Positions 34,826 to 45,637 of a DNA stretch of 64,000 nt are shown here, one piece after another. Made by a program: the position numbers and the translations under genes. Each line of letters starts with the position of its first letter. Position 1 is the first letter of the stretch. The notes under the pieces were generated by a model. It had not been told where the DNA came from, did no database searches, and saw only the letters and a list, made by a program, of their open reading frames with translations. Origin of the DNA: Bacillota bacterium. Lineage in GTDB: Bacteria; Bacillota; Limnochordia; DTU087. The stretch is from positions 14,141 through 78,140 of the forward strand of contig JAAYHH010000011.1 in assembly GCA_012735435.1 (NCBI GenBank), read 5' to 3'.

Positions 34826-36091
34826 TTATCGATTAGGCGATTGGCCCGGCACGATGCTTTGCAGCAGCCGTTTGGACATTCTAAGCAGCATTTGAACTAT
34901 ATTGGCCCTTTCCACATCACTGTCAGCCACTATTTCCACTCTGGCAATCTCCATGCCGCTGCGTTTTACCACCAGCTCACCTAAAACTTCGCCTTTCCGT
35001 AAAGGCGCAACCAACTCTTTTTTCCAATCAATTTCCCGGGTCAATTCTCCTTGACTGCCCCTGGGCACGCCCACGGTAAGTTCTTCTACAGTACTGACAG
35101 ACACCTTTTCTTCTTTACCCCATGAAACCACCGCCTCCCCCAGGGGTTCCCCCGGCCGGGCAATAGTTACCGGCTCATAGGTGCGAAAACCGTAGTCCAG
35201 CAAGGTCACAGTGTCCTTTCTGCGAGCCTCCTTGGTAGGAGCACCAAGGACCACTGAAATCAGCCGCATGCCGTCTCGCTCTGCTGTGGCCGCTAAACAG
35301 AAACCCGCTTCTGATGTCATGCCGGTCTTAATGCCGTCTAAGCCCGGATACCCGTAGCGTCTACCGGACTGCAGAACCCGGTCAAGGAGCTCATTGAGGG
35401 TATATAGGTGGGGTTTGCCCGTGGTGTCGGGACGCATGGTATATTCATGGGTCGACACCAGCTCAATCAGGTGGGGAACCCGTACGGCATGGCGGGATAG
35501 CAGTGCCAAATCATAGGCAGAGGAGTGGTGCTCTGCATCCAAGCCCAGGGTCCTGGGGGGCAGTCCGCTGGCATTGCTGAAAACTGTATTCTTCATCCCC
35601 AGCTCCTGTGCCCTGCGGTTCATCTCGGCTGCAAAATTTGCTTCAGAGCCTGACAAATACTCCGCTACAGCGACAGCGGCGTCATTTGCAGAACCCACTG
35701 CAATGGCGTAGAGCATGTCTTTCATCGTCATTTGCTCTCCGACTTCCAGCCAAATCTGGGAGCCTCCCATATTGGCAGCATATTCACTGGTGGTAACTAT
35801 ATCATCGAAAGAGGCCTTGCCAGCTTCTATCGCCTCTAGTGCCAGCACTAAGGTCATTATCTTGGTGATACTTGCCATGGGAAGAGGAAGATGCATGTCT
35901 TTTTCGTATATCACCTCGCCTGATCTGGCCTCCATAAGGACAGCTGCCTTTGCCGAGATGTCGAGTTCTTGGCCCCGGACTGGCACGACACCAAGGGTGC
36001 TAAGGCAGAGTGCAGTCAGCAAGATGATAGCGGCGGTTCTCTTCTGGACAAATGGCAATTGAATCCCTCCTCTGCCATATCTCTTCTGCAT
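34826..36091 (-). CDS. dacF: D-alanyl-D-alanine carboxypeptidase (sporulation DacF-like)
   Basis: Signal peptide. SxxK (ASITK), SxN, KTG motifs. C-terminal PBP5 beta-sandwich. Upstream of the spoIIA operon, as in B. subtilis. Confidence 0.85.
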   Translation of the reverse strand: MQKRYGRGGIQLPFVQKRTAAIILLTALCLSTLGVVPVRGQELDISAKAAVLMEARSGEVIYEKDMHLPLPMASITKIMTLVLALEAIEAGKASFDDIVTTSEYAANMGGSQIWLEVGEQMTMKDMLYAIAVGSANDAAVAVAEYLSGSEANFAAEMNRRAQELGMKNTVFSNASGLPPRTLGLDAEHHSSAYDLALLSRHAVRVPHLIELVSTHEYTMRPDTTGKPHLYTLNELLDRVLQSGRRYGYPGLDGIKTGMTSEAGFCLAATAERDGMRLISVVLGAPTKEARRKDTVTLLDYGFRTYEPVTIARPGEPLGEAVVSWGKEEKVSVSTVEELTVGVPRGSQGELTREIDWKKELVAPLRKGEVLGELVVKRSGMEIARVEIVADSDVERANIVQMLLRMSKRLLQSIVPGQSPNR

Positions 36092-36151
36092 TCTTTCTTC
36101 TGCTGCTACATTTTATAAGCTATGTCTTGGCGGCTGTGGTTATGCCGGGAC

Positions 36152-37468
36152 TTACCTGGAAACACGAGCCAAGATCAGAGAAAGGGGCTTAGTCGGGAGA
36201 TCCCCTATCTCAATGGAAGCCTCTACCTTTCCAACAGCAGTTTCAACTACTTCAGGGGTAGGTCCATAGACCTTTGCTATCACCTGTCCTGCTTCGATTT
36301 TATCGCCTACCTTCACCATTATTTCTAAACCTGCACTTAGGTGAATGTCGTCCTCTATCCGCTGCCTGCCAGCACCCAGCTCCATGGCAATTAAGCCGAT
36401 CTTCTTGGTGTGTATGCGGGTGACATAACCAGATTTCGGCGCAACAGCATCTGAACATACCGGTGCCTGAGGCAGAAGTCCAGGCTCTTCGATAATCGTG
36501 GGATCACCGCCCTGCGCTGCAATCATTGCCCGGAATTTTTCTATCGGCAGACCCTTCTCCATGACCTCCACCAGCAGGTGCCGGCCTTCTTCGGGGGTGT
36601 TTGCTTTCTCTGCCTGAACCAACATCTCGGCTCCCAAGGCCAAGCAGAGTTCAGTCAAATCCTCAGGACCCGCTCCCTGGAGGGTAGCGATGGCTTCCCG
36701 GACCTCCAGGGCATTGCCGACGGCATAACCCAAGGGCTGATCCATATTGGTGACTAAGGCTGTAGTGCGGCGTCCGGTCTTGGCTCCGATATCCACCATG
36801 GTCTCTGCCAAGAGCTTCGCCCTAGATAGCTCCTCCATGAAGGCTCCGCTGCCTGCTTTCACATCTAAGACGATGCGGCTTGCTCCAGCGGCTATCTTCT
36901 TGCTCATAATGGAGCTGGCAATCAAGGGGATGGAATCTACCGTGGCGGTTACATCCCGGAGAGCATACAGCTTCTTATCAGCCGGCACTAGATTGCCGGT
37001 CTGCCCCACAACGGCAAGTCCAGCTTCTTCAACAGCTCGAATAAACTCCGTTCTGGTCAAATCGAAGCGAAATCCCGGGATGGAACTCAGCTTGTCCAGG
37101 GTGCCGCCGGTATGTCCCAACCCGCGCCCCGACATCTTGGCTATTTTGACTCCGGCTGCCGCAACCCACGGAAGCAGTACTAAGGTGGTCTTATCCCCTA
37201 CTCCCCCGGTGGAGTGCTTGTCTACCAGTTCGTCTCCAAACTCCGGCCACGTCAGTAATTCTCCGGAGTCGACCATGGCCATGGTAAGTTCTGCAGTGGC
37301 TTCTGCGCTCAGTCCCTTGAAGTAAACAGCCATACACCAGGCCGCCATCTGGTAATCTGGTATGCGGCCCTCTGTATATCCATCGATCAGGAATCGAATT
37401 TCCTCCCGGGAAAGCCCAAGGCCGTCCCGGGTCTTGGTAATGATATCATACACCCTCACGGCATTCAC
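36152..37468 (-). CDS. pdp: pyrimidine-nucleoside (thymidine) phosphorylase
   Basis: N-terminal glycosyltransferase-3 helical domain. Phosphate-binding KHSTGGVGDK. C-terminal PYNP domain. Confidence 0.9.
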   Translation of the reverse strand: MNAVRVYDIITKTRDGLGLSREEIRFLIDGYTEGRIPDYQMAAWCMAVYFKGLSAEATAELTMAMVDSGELLTWPEFGDELVDKHSTGGVGDKTTLVLLPWVAAAGVKIAKMSGRGLGHTGGTLDKLSSIPGFRFDLTRTEFIRAVEEAGLAVVGQTGNLVPADKKLYALRDVTATVDSIPLIASSIMSKKIAAGASRIVLDVKAGSGAFMEELSRAKLLAETMVDIGAKTGRRTTALVTNMDQPLGYAVGNALEVREAIATLQGAGPEDLTELCLALGAEMLVQAEKANTPEEGRHLLVEVMEKGLPIEKFRAMIAAQGGDPTIIEEPGLLPQAPVCSDAVAPKSGYVTRIHTKKIGLIAMELGAGRQRIEDDIHLSAGLEIMVKVGDKIEAGQVIAKVYGPTPEVVETAVGKVEASIEIGDLPTKPLSLILARVSR

Positions 37469-37477
37469 CCTTCCCCT

Positions 37478-38674
37478 TTACTCTAGCCTGGCGGCCAAGA
37501 GATTCCAAAAACTGGTGCCTGGTCCCTCCCAAGAAAGGCCGAAGAATTCGGTGATGGATGCACCTACATCGGCAAAGGTCTGCCGGACTCCAACGGGAAT
37601 ACATCCGGTGAGGCGTTTACTGGTCACCAACAAAGGCACATACTCCCGGGAATGATCTGTACTCTCTGTTGTTGGATCGCAGCCGTGATCCGCGGTAATT
37701 ATGAGAAGATCACTGGGAGCCAGCTTTTCCAAAATAGGTTCCAGCTTGGAATCCAGCTCCTCAAGGCCCCTGGCGTAGCCTTCTGCATCGTTCCTATGTC
37801 CCCACAGTGTGTCAAAATCAACAAAGTTGGCAAAGATGAGGCCCTCATCCCGCAGCTCATCCATGGCCTCAAGCACTGCTTCCTGAACCTCATTGTTGTT
37901 GTGGGCCGGAAAAGCCTTGGTAATACCTCTGCCTGCGAAAATATCGGGAATCTTGCCGATGCCGTAAACAGCATAGCCGGCCTCCTTCAGGCGATCCAGT
38001 ACGGTGGGTCTTACCGGAGGCAAGCTGAAATCCCGGCGGCGATCGGTCCTTTGAAAGGCACCGGGTTCCCCGATAAAGGGCCTGGCTATGACCCGACCAA
38101 CTCCATGCTCACCCTGCAGCAGTCCTCTGGCTATTTCACAGAGCTCATACAGCCTGTCCAAGCTGATGACCTCCTCGTGGGCTGCAATTTGGAACACGCT
38201 GTCTGCCGAAGTGTAGACTATGGGGAAGCCTGTTGCCATATGCTGTTTCCCCAGCTCTTTAATAATTTCAGTGCCGGATGCCGGCTTGTTCCCTAGAACC
38301 CTTGTGCCGATCAGCTCTTCAAAGGCGCTGATTATTTCCTCGGGAAACCCATTGGGATAGACCGGGAAGGGCCTGTCTAGAATAACTCCCATTATCTCCC
38401 AATGACCGGTGGTTGTATCCTTGCCGGGAGACTTTTCTGCCATTTTGCCCCACGCTGCCTTGCAGGCTTTGTTGGGATTAACCCCTGTGATGGGCACGAT
38501 GTTGCCCAGTCCCAATTTCTCCAGGTTAGGCAGATGAAGCCCTCCCACTGCCTCAGCCACATTGGGCAAAGTAGCACTTCCTTCATCGCCGTATTCTGCG
38601 GCATCCGGCAGCTCGCCAACTCCTACGCTGTCTAAAATCAAGACTATGATTCTGCGCTTGTCCATACTGTCCAC
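37478..38674 (-). CDS. deoB: phosphopentomutase
   Basis: [16 protein letters not shown] and DHGCDPT metal-binding motifs. About 398 aa. Confidence 0.9.
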   Translation of the reverse strand: MDSMDKRRIIVLILDSVGVGELPDAAEYGDEGSATLPNVAEAVGGLHLPNLEKLGLGNIVPITGVNPNKACKAAWGKMAEKSPGKDTTTGHWEIMGVILDRPFPVYPNGFPEEIISAFEELIGTRVLGNKPASGTEIIKELGKQHMATGFPIVYTSADSVFQIAAHEEVISLDRLYELCEIARGLLQGEHGVGRVIARPFIGEPGAFQRTDRRRDFSLPPVRPTVLDRLKEAGYAVYGIGKIPDIFAGRGITKAFPAHNNNEVQEAVLEAMDELRDEGLIFANFVDFDTLWGHRNDAEGYARGLEELDSKLEPILEKLAPSDLLIITADHGCDPTTESTDHSREYVPLLVTSKRLTGCIPVGVRQTFADVGASITEFFGLSWEGPGTSFWNLLAARLE

Positions 38675-38891
38675 CCCTGGTCCCAGAATCCCTAGGGGCT
38701 GGTGTCCTCCTCTCTATCAACGTCTAGACACCGTTCTTCCAGCAGTACCCCTTTTGATTAATTATAGCCCCAAGGTTAGAGTCCCTTGCAGTGAATGAAG
38801 GCATCTGACTGCTTGCCATCATACCATTGACACTTCTGTAAACACTTCTAGGCCGCCGGCTGGTTACCTGCTCCAGGACCGCCCTGGATTT

Positions 38892-39146
38892 TTACCACCA
38901 AGCCGCAAAGAAAGAAGCCGCAAGTGATACCTGCGGCTTATCCAGGAGTCTGCAGCTTGAAGGCAAGAACTCCTCCGGCAAGATGGGCGGTTCGGTCTCT
39001 TCCTTGTCAACTCTGGGCCAACCGCTGATTAGCCAAAGGGCGAGGATGATAATCACCAAAATGATCAGCGGTTTGGCAACTGCCCTTAGGCGCCGGCCTA
39101 ATCCCCGCAAGGAGATCACCCAAATCACCGCTATCCCCCATTTCAC
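38892..39146 (-). CDS. small membrane hypothetical protein (doubtful)
   Basis: 84-aa ORF with one TM. Its 3' end overlaps a terminator-like hairpin (AAGCCGCA ... TGCGGCTT at 38917-38941, followed on the minus strand by CTTCTTTCTTTG), so the ORF may be spurious and the hairpin may be the spoIIM terminator. Confidence 0.25.
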   Translation of the reverse strand: MKWGIAVIWVISLRGLGRRLRAVAKPLIILVIIILALWLISGWPRVDKEETEPPILPEEFLPSSCRLLDKPQVSLAASFFAAWW

Positions 39147-39182
39147 CCAAAAATCTTGGAGAACTACTGCCGGAGCGGTTGA

Positions 39183-39863
39183 CTAAAGGTAACGGGATGC
39201 CGTTTCAATAAGTGTCGGTGTGACGAAGGTCTCCACCAGGGTCGCTGCGCCCATTAATCCACATGCTCCAATTGTCAGCAGGGTGGTTCGGAAAAATTGC
39301 TGGTACATGTTGATGTCCCGGCGTCCCATAAGGGTTCGCAAAGCAGACCAGGAAAAACTCAAGGATGCACCGCCGGCCAAGATGATGGCCGGGACCACCA
39401 GGAGATTATGTGGAACCACCGATACAACTGCCAAGGCAATGCCTTTGAAGACCATTTCCTCCACCATGAAACCTACGGTAAATCCCAAAACAAAGCCCCG
39501 CAGGAAGAGTAGGGCCAGAACGAAGGGTGCTCCCAATACCGATAAGCCCAAAAGCCATATCAGCCCTACAGTCTTGGTAACGTTTTGAACAAAGGTCTGG
39601 CGGACAGCGGTGGGTGAGCCGGCGGCTTCAGTTTCGGGAAAGGCTTCAAAGAAGGTCTGAATATAGCCTGCCAGATCATTTCGCTGTTCGGCACTTAGGG
39701 CTTTGACGGCAAAGGCGCCGCTGATGGTACCCATGATAAATACTACAAGAACAAACATATATGCGGCAGTGCGGCGGCGAAAATAGCCTTGGAAAGCTCC
39801 CCGTACTTGTCTGGCCATGGCAGTGCCTCCTCTTTGCCCCGACTGCAATTCCCTTCTTGTCAC
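39183..39863 (-). CDS. spoIIM: stage II sporulation protein M-like membrane protein
   Basis: Polytopic membrane protein of about 215-225 aa located next to the deoB/pdp/dacF/spoIIA block, as spoIIM is in B. subtilis. Assignment is mainly by size, topology and context. Confidence 0.55.
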   Translation of the reverse strand: MTRRELQSGQRGGTAMARQVRGAFQGYFRRRTAAYMFVLVVFIMGTISGAFAVKALSAEQRNDLAGYIQTFFEAFPETEAAGSPTAVRQTFVQNVTKTVGLIWLLGLSVLGAPFVLALLFLRGFVLGFTVGFMVEEMVFKGIALAVVSVVPHNLLVVPAIILAGGASLSFSWSALRTLMGRRDINMYQQFFRTTLLTIGACGLMGAATLVETFVTPTLIETASRYL

Positions 39864-39903
39864 ACCATCCTTATGCGTTTTTTGGGCGCTTTATGCTAGG
39901 GAG

Positions 39904-40503
39904 TTACAGCAGGTGGGAAACATCATTGACGCTGACCAATTCAAGATCCTCAAGATTAGTGCCTTGGACAATGCTGATGCCGCCGTTGTCCAAAATGTGC
40001 TGGGGGTGACTCTGACCTTCAATCCACGCCAAGAGCGCCCGCAGAAGCCCGCCGTGGGATACTACGATTCCCGTCTGCCCTGGATATTGGGTCAGTACCC
40101 AATCCAAGGCCTTGATGCTCCTTTCCCTCAATTCTGCCAAGGTTTCACCGCCGCCGGGGGCGGCCGACATGGGGTCTTCCCTGGTCTTCTGCCATTCTTC
40201 AGGATACAGCTCCTGAATCTCAGCTCTGGTCAGGCCCTCCCAGCGCCCGTAATTCCGCTCCCGCCAGAGGAGACAGCTGATTACCGGAAGCGCCAGTTTA
40301 CGCCCTATGGGGGCTGCTGTGTCCAGGGCCCGGGTCAGATCACTGCTGATTATGAAACTGGCCTTTACCTCAGCTAGATGCTCCGCCGTCCGCTCCGCTT
40401 GCTCGCGGCCTTTATCGGTCAGGGGGATGTCTGTCTGCCCTTGGTATCGCTTTGCTTGGTTCCACTCAGTCTCGCCATGCCTGACGAGATAGATCGTAGT
40501 CAT
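39904..40503 (-). CDS. histidine phosphatase family protein (phosphoglycerate mutase / alpha-ribazole phosphatase-like)
   Basis: RHGETEWN catalytic motif at the N-terminus. About 199 aa. Confidence 0.8.
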   Translation of the reverse strand: MTTIYLVRHGETEWNQAKRYQGQTDIPLTDKGREQAERTAEHLAEVKASFIISSDLTRALDTAAPIGRKLALPVISCLLWRERNYGRWEGLTRAEIQELYPEEWQKTREDPMSAAPGGGETLAELRERSIKALDWVLTQYPGQTGIVVSHGGLLRALLAWIEGQSHPQHILDNGGISIVQGTNLEDLELVSVNDVSHLL

Positions 40504-40518
40504 TTCATCGACTCTCCT

Positions 40519-41805
40519 TCAGCATTCCTGGTGGTTCTTGACGCGGCCGTAACGCCCACCCCCGCCCTCGGCTAGAGCAAGACGCCCTTCCCTGGCAGCA
40601 GCGATGTTTTCAGCCACCTTGGTTCCAACCACATCCTCCAGCTCCCCAAGGGATGTTCCGTGGAGTATCTCCATCTCGGTGCCGAAGGCCTCCAGAAGCT
40701 TATTTAGGGTTTTCTTGCCGACACCGGGAATGAACTCCAAGGGAACTTGGTGAATATAAGGAGGACGGTTTGGGGGATGTACGGGTTCATTTTCATCGGC
40801 GATGGCGGTGATGCGATCCAGCACCCCTACAACGACCTTATCGCTGTCACACCTGCTGCATTGATAAACCGGGGGAGCACCCTCAACTACCCTTTCACAC
40901 TTAAGGCAAAAGGTCCGGTGATACTTGCCCAAGCGTGGCTCTAGACCGTAATTGGCCAGAATTATGTTTTCCGGGTCACCAGCAAGTGCTTTGCAAAAAT
41001 GGGCAAAGTCAGGTTTTATCAGCTTTAGCTTGTTGTATTCCCGGGCAATTTTGGGAAGGGAATGGGCATCTGAATTGCTCAAAAACCGTACATTGGATAA
41101 TTCATGGATTCTATCAGCCAAGTAGGTATCGGAACTTAACCCCAGCTCCAAGGCAGTAAAGTCTACGCCAATTTCAGCTAAGCGCCTTACGCAGTTGCCG
41201 TAAACGCTCTTGAAGGGGGTGAAGGCATGGGCCGGCAAGAAAATCCCTGAAAGTTCACGTACTACGAACTCATTGACTTCCTGAATCTCGAGACTAGCCC
41301 GCTGAGAGCTCAGGGAAATATTGGTAATAGCCCCAGATAAGAATTGGCTTAGCTCCTCCATGGTCTTCAAGGAAGGGGTAAAGGCGAGGAAATGGGCACT
41401 TCCTCCTTGAGGTCCCCCGAGCTCAATCTCTGCCCCTAGAAGCAGGGTGACCTTCCCCAGATAATCCAAGCCTCCACCTGGAAGAGCTGTCAAGTCGCCT
41501 CTATCAACCAATGCCCGAAGGTCAGCCAATACAGCTGGAGAAGCGCAGTCGACGATGCCGGCGATTTGTATTCCTTTGCGTTCTGAGCATTCCTTTAGTA
41601 TTCCTTCTACAGTTAAGGCGGGTGAGGCAGTAATTTTCACCGGAGCTCCGCACCCGGCCCGGCCGATATGGATGTGCAAGTCAGCAAAAAAGATCAATAA
41701 AAATACCTCCTGGTTCCAAGACAAGGCTGCAGTTGGACGAAGCCTTTGTGCTCCTTCAATTGCTACATCCACTGCAAAATACCAAAAAGGCGCCATACCT
41801 GTCAA
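40519..41805 (-). CDS. PHP-domain nuclease, endonuclease Q-like (PHP, Zn ribbon, C-terminal HhH)
   Basis: DLHIHIG PHP motif near the N-terminus, a CLKCERV...CSRCD zinc ribbon, and a C-terminal helix-hairpin-helix (IPGVGKKTLNKLLEAFG). The start codon is uncertain. Confidence 0.5.
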   Translation of the reverse strand: MTGMAPFWYFAVDVAIEGAQRLRPTAALSWNQEVFLLIFFADLHIHIGRAGCGAPVKITASPALTVEGILKECSERKGIQIAGIVDCASPAVLADLRALVDRGDLTALPGGGLDYLGKVTLLLGAEIELGGPQGGSAHFLAFTPSLKTMEELSQFLSGAITNISLSSQRASLEIQEVNEFVVRELSGIFLPAHAFTPFKSVYGNCVRRLAEIGVDFTALELGLSSDTYLADRIHELSNVRFLSNSDAHSLPKIAREYNKLKLIKPDFAHFCKALAGDPENIILANYGLEPRLGKYHRTFCLKCERVVEGAPPVYQCSRCDSDKVVVGVLDRITAIADENEPVHPPNRPPYIHQVPLEFIPGVGKKTLNKLLEAFGTEMEILHGTSLGELEDVVGTKVAENIAAAREGRLALAEGGGGRYGRVKNHQEC

Positions 41806-41869
41806 GGCAGTGTTTAGCAGAAACCTGCCGCAACAGGATGACGCTGGTTCTCCTGTGCTGATTCGATCA

Positions 41870-42982
41870 TCACTTATTTTTGTCTAATAGCCACCGGGCT
41901 GCCAGCCACCCCGCGGCCCCGCCGGCCCGGAAAAAGGCTGGGTCATCTGACGGCCTCCTTCCCATGGAGGTGACCTCCACCTGGTATTCTTCAAGGAGCT
42001 CTAGGGTTCGGTCTTCTTGTATCCAGTAGATATGGTGGCGGCGGTCAAGACCTAGCTCCTCTATCTGCTGCTGCAGGTGCATGCCTTCATCGCCTCCTAA
42101 TTGGGGCAAAGGAAGGTGACAGGCAGTATGGCAGAGCCGCATAAGGACAGTGCAGGTGTGGTGGCTTAAACCGTAGTGGCGCGGCCGCTTGTCTGCCAAA
42201 CTAATCCTAGGCACTGCGATTGCCCTTCCCCCTAAAGAATTGACGGCATCTAGAATAGGAGCTGTTTCCAGGGCTGTTGTGCCAAAGAGTGTTCCAGTAC
42301 CCACAACCCCAGGCCCCATGGCGACGACGCAGGCGTCTGCCTTGGCAGCGTGCTTTGCTGCTAGAAGTCCTGAATAGATGTTCACGGCTTCGAGATCACC
42401 GCCAAAGGCATGCCCAACAGTAATGGCCATAGTGATCAGACCTTTTTCTTTAAGGGACGCCGTCAGTTTGCTGAAAGCCAGCGGCAAAGCAGCGCCGTCG
42501 GTCATCAGGTATGCCAAGCGGGTTGGCCCCGGGGCGAAATGGTTAAATACCACAGCTATCGGTGCGATCAGACTGTGGAGGCTTGCTACCATGACCGGCA
42601 TACCGGCCAGGGAGTCAGCTTCTTGGAGTGTTGAGTGATATGGGCTCTTTTCTTCTTCCACTGACAAAGTGGCTAGCTGCAGGGGTGTATACCGAAGTTT
42701 CATGATATGACCGTTTAATTTGGGAGAATGCTTTGCCTTAAGGGGCTCTTTAACGCGCTGTTGGGGAATAGAGCTGATGACAAAGTGTACCCCGCCGGTT
42801 CCCAAATCTAAATCAACCGCGGTGGTGTTAAGCTCCACCAAATCTCCCGGGGAAACATCTCGGCTAAGCTGCCGGTAATTAACGGCGGAGATTAACTCAC
42901 CTTCGATTTCTACTTCCAGTTCTTGAATATGTACAGTGGTTTTATTGACTTTATTCACCTTGCCCCAGGTTCGGTTGAGCAT
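41870..42982 (-). CDS. conserved hypothetical protein (DUF3866-like)
   Basis: 370 aa, soluble, no catalytic motif recognised. Sits immediately upstream of the EndoQ-like gene with a 64-bp gap. Confidence 0.4.
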   Translation of the reverse strand: MLNRTWGKVNKVNKTTVHIQELEVEIEGELISAVNYRQLSRDVSPGDLVELNTTAVDLDLGTGGVHFVISSIPQQRVKEPLKAKHSPKLNGHIMKLRYTPLQLATLSVEEEKSPYHSTLQEADSLAGMPVMVASLHSLIAPIAVVFNHFAPGPTRLAYLMTDGAALPLAFSKLTASLKEKGLITMAITVGHAFGGDLEAVNIYSGLLAAKHAAKADACVVAMGPGVVGTGTLFGTTALETAPILDAVNSLGGRAIAVPRISLADKRPRHYGLSHHTCTVLMRLCHTACHLPLPQLGGDEGMHLQQQIEELGLDRRHHIYWIQEDRTLELLEEYQVEVTSMGRRPSDDPAFFRAGGAAGWLAARWLLDKNK

Positions 42983-43152
42983 AGTTATCCCTCCGAACCG
43001 CCCTAGCGGTAGTGAAAAACATTGCCTTAACTAGAATTGCCGTGAACGGCGGGAAAGATGCGGATAGCACAGCTAGAGCGTGGATATTCTCGAACATCCT
43101 ATGCCAATCTGCGGCAATGGAGAAGGGCATACCCTAGGGCCTGGAAAACTAG

Positions 43153-43191
43153 CCAAAAAAATAAAATTCCGCTGGGTGGGGATCCCCGCGG
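43153..43191 (-). terminator. rho-independent terminator after pnp
   Basis: CCGCGGGGATCCCCACCCAGCGG GC-rich hairpin followed on the minus strand by AATTTTATTTTTTTGG. Confidence 0.65.
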
Positions 43192-43255
43192 AAACTTGCA
43201 GTACTATTTTCCAACAGCCTCCTGCCTTATCTAACCGTTACTTACTCGTGTAGGT

Positions 43256-43285
43256 TCTGCATATCCAGATAACCGGATATGCAGA
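43256..43285 (-). other. perfect 11-bp hairpin just 3' of pnp (processing or pause site?)
   Basis: TCTGCATATCC-agataacc-GGATATGCAGA with no U-tract. Located 33 nt downstream of the pnp stop. Confidence 0.4.
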
Positions 43286-43317
43286 CCTTTCCGCCGATTT
43301 TGCCGGTAATCAGCCGC

Positions 43318-45459
43318 TTAGGATCGCGGCCGCTTTCCCCGGCCGTTGCGGCCCCTCTTGTTCTCAGTTACCTCCAATGCTTCGGGACGGGCCAGATTGA
43401 TTCTACCCATACGGTCAATTTCGATTACCTTTACGGTAACAGTCTCTCCAACCTGGACCACATCTTCCACTTTGTCTACCCGGCCTTTGGCCAGCTTCGA
43501 GATATGGAGCAGCCCTTCCTTGCCTGGAAGCAGTTCCACAAAGGCACCGAAGTCCACGATTCGCTTCACCGTTCCCAAGTAAGTTTCGCCTACCTCCACA
43601 TCCTTCACCAAGAGCTCAATCATCTTTTGAGCCCGGTCCCCTGCTTCTTGGTCGGTGGCAGCTACATAAACCCTGCCGTCATCTTCTATATCAATGGTGA
43701 CACCAGTTTCGTCGATGATCTTCCTGATGGTCTTGCCCCCTGGGCCGATGACATCCCTGATCTTGTCCACAGGAATCTCCATAGTGAAAATCCGGGGAGC
43801 GTAGGGTGACAACTCCTCCCTGGGACGCTCGATGATCTCCAGCATTTTCCGGAGAATGTACATTCTCCCTTCCCTGGCTTGAGCCAAGGCCTGCTGCAGG
43901 ACGTCCCAGATAACGCCTTGGATTTTGATATCCATCTGTAAAGCGGTAATGCCCCGTTCCGTTCCAGCGACTTTGAAATCCATATCTCCCAAGGCATCCT
44001 CCATACCCTGGATGTCGGAGAGAATGGAAAACTCATCGCCGTCTTTGACCAATCCCATGGCGATGCCTGCCACTGGGCGCTCAATGGGAACACCGGCATC
44101 CATGAGGGCCAGGGTACTGCCGCAGACGCTGGCCATGGAGGAAGAGCCGTTGGATTCCAAGACCTCTGACACCAAGCGGATGGTATACGGGAATTCTTCT
44201 TCTCCAGGAATCATCGGCAGAAGCGCCCGTTCCGCCAAAGCACCATGACCGATCTCCCGGCGGCCGGGACCCCGTATGGGACGGACTTCACCGACGCTAA
44301 AGGACGGGAAATTGTAATGGTGGATATAGCGCTTGCTGTCTTCGTAACCTAGATCATCCAGGAGCTGTTCATCGGACTTGACGCCCAGTGTACAGGTTGT
44401 GAGAACCTGGGTCTGCCCCCGGGTAAAGACAGCCGATCCATGGGCCCTAGGCAAGATGCCCACTTCACAGGTTATCTGCCGAATCTCATCCAATCCTCGG
44501 CCATCGGGTCTTCGCTTTTCATGGATAATCATGTTTCGGACGATTTCCTTAATCAAGGCTGCAATCACCCGATCAAGGGCCTGTTCCTTTTCAGCAAAGA
44601 CCTCTTCTCCAAATTCCTCCAAGTACTCTGCGTGGAGGGTCAGACGGACATTGTCCACATCTTCTTCCCGACTCAGCTTATCAGCGTTGCGCAGGGCTTC
44701 CTGAAGTCGGGCTGTTCCCCTTTCCCGCACCCACTGGTCCACGTCAGCATCAATGTCCGGTAGCTCAAATTCCTTCTTGGGCTGTCCAATCTGTCTAACT
44801 ATTTCCTCTTGAAATTCCACCAGAGTTATTACATATTGGTGCCCAAACTTGATGGCCTCAAGGACAATCTCCTCAGGGACTTCATTGGCCCCTGCTTCCA
44901 CCATGGTCACCGCATCTTTGGTGCCGGCGACAACTAAGTGGAGATCGCTTTTCATCTGCTGCTCATAGGTGGGGTTGATGACAAACTCGCCGTCGACTCG
45001 GCCGACGATGACGCCGCCTACAGGTCCGTTGAAGGGAATATCGGAGATGGATAAGGCAGCGGAAGCTCCTACGAGGGCCGTAATGTCAGGAGCATTGTCT
45101 TGGTCTACGGAGAGAATTGTAGCCACAATCTGGACATCGTTGCGCATACCCTCGGGAAACAGTGGTCTCAAAGGGCGATCAATCATCCTTGCTGCGAGAA
45201 TAGCTGCTTCACCGGGACGACCTTCCCGGCGTCCCCAGCCGCCCGGCACCTTCCCAACTGCATACATTCGCTCTTCGTAGTCAACCAACAAAGGGAAAAA
45301 ATCTATACCCTCTCGAGGTTCTTTGGACATGGTAGCTGTCACTAGTACTACGGTATCCCCATAGCGCATAAGTACGCTGCCGTTGGCCTGTTTTGCCAGG
45401 GCGCCGGTCTCGACGGTTAGTGTTCTCCCTCCCAGTTCCAGCTGAAATTCCTGTTTCAT
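43318..45459 (-). CDS. pnp: polynucleotide phosphorylase
   Basis: Two RNase PH domains, a KH domain and an S1 domain ([29 protein letters not shown]). Start taken at [14 protein letters not shown]. Confidence 0.95.
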   Translation of the reverse strand: MKQEFQLELGGRTLTVETGALAKQANGSVLMRYGDTVVLVTATMSKEPREGIDFFPLLVDYEERMYAVGKVPGGWGRREGRPGEAAILAARMIDRPLRPLFPEGMRNDVQIVATILSVDQDNAPDITALVGASAALSISDIPFNGPVGGVIVGRVDGEFVINPTYEQQMKSDLHLVVAGTKDAVTMVEAGANEVPEEIVLEAIKFGHQYVITLVEFQEEIVRQIGQPKKEFELPDIDADVDQWVRERGTARLQEALRNADKLSREEDVDNVRLTLHAEYLEEFGEEVFAEKEQALDRVIAALIKEIVRNMIIHEKRRPDGRGLDEIRQITCEVGILPRAHGSAVFTRGQTQVLTTCTLGVKSDEQLLDDLGYEDSKRYIHHYNFPSFSVGEVRPIRGPGRREIGHGALAERALLPMIPGEEEFPYTIRLVSEVLESNGSSSMASVCGSTLALMDAGVPIERPVAGIAMGLVKDGDEFSILSDIQGMEDALGDMDFKVAGTERGITALQMDIKIQGVIWDVLQQALAQAREGRMYILRKMLEIIERPREELSPYAPRIFTMEIPVDKIRDVIGPGGKTIRKIIDETGVTIDIEDDGRVYVAATDQEAGDRAQKMIELLVKDVEVGETYLGTVKRIVDFGAFVELLPGKEGLLHISKLAKGRVDKVEDVVQVGETVTVKVIEIDRMGRINLARPEALEVTENKRGRNGRGKRPRS

Positions 45460-45605
45460 TCTTCGTACCTCCTTAGGGTTCAATGGCCACTCTCGCCCGG
45501 CATTGACTCGTTCCTCCTGATCAAGTGTACCGGCCGTTATGATAAGTATCTTCTTGTTTTCCCACGGGCATTCCAGCCCGGGAAAGTCAGAGTGGTCATG
45601 TGAAG

Positions 45606-45628
45606 AAGGAGCGGGGTTACCGCTCCTT
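45606..45628 (-). other. stem-loop between rpsO and pnp (partial terminator / pnp leader element)
   Basis: AAGGAGCGG-ggtta-CCGCTCCTT 9-bp stem directly after the rpsO stop. The downstream tract is U-poor, which would allow read-through into pnp. Confidence 0.4.
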
Positions 45629-45637
45629 CACTTACGA

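Noticed and set aside
36747-37325. 192-aa plus-strand ORF in pdp, and 214-aa (37652-38296) in deoB
   Set aside because: Antisense shadow ORFs of well-identified nucleoside-salvage genes.
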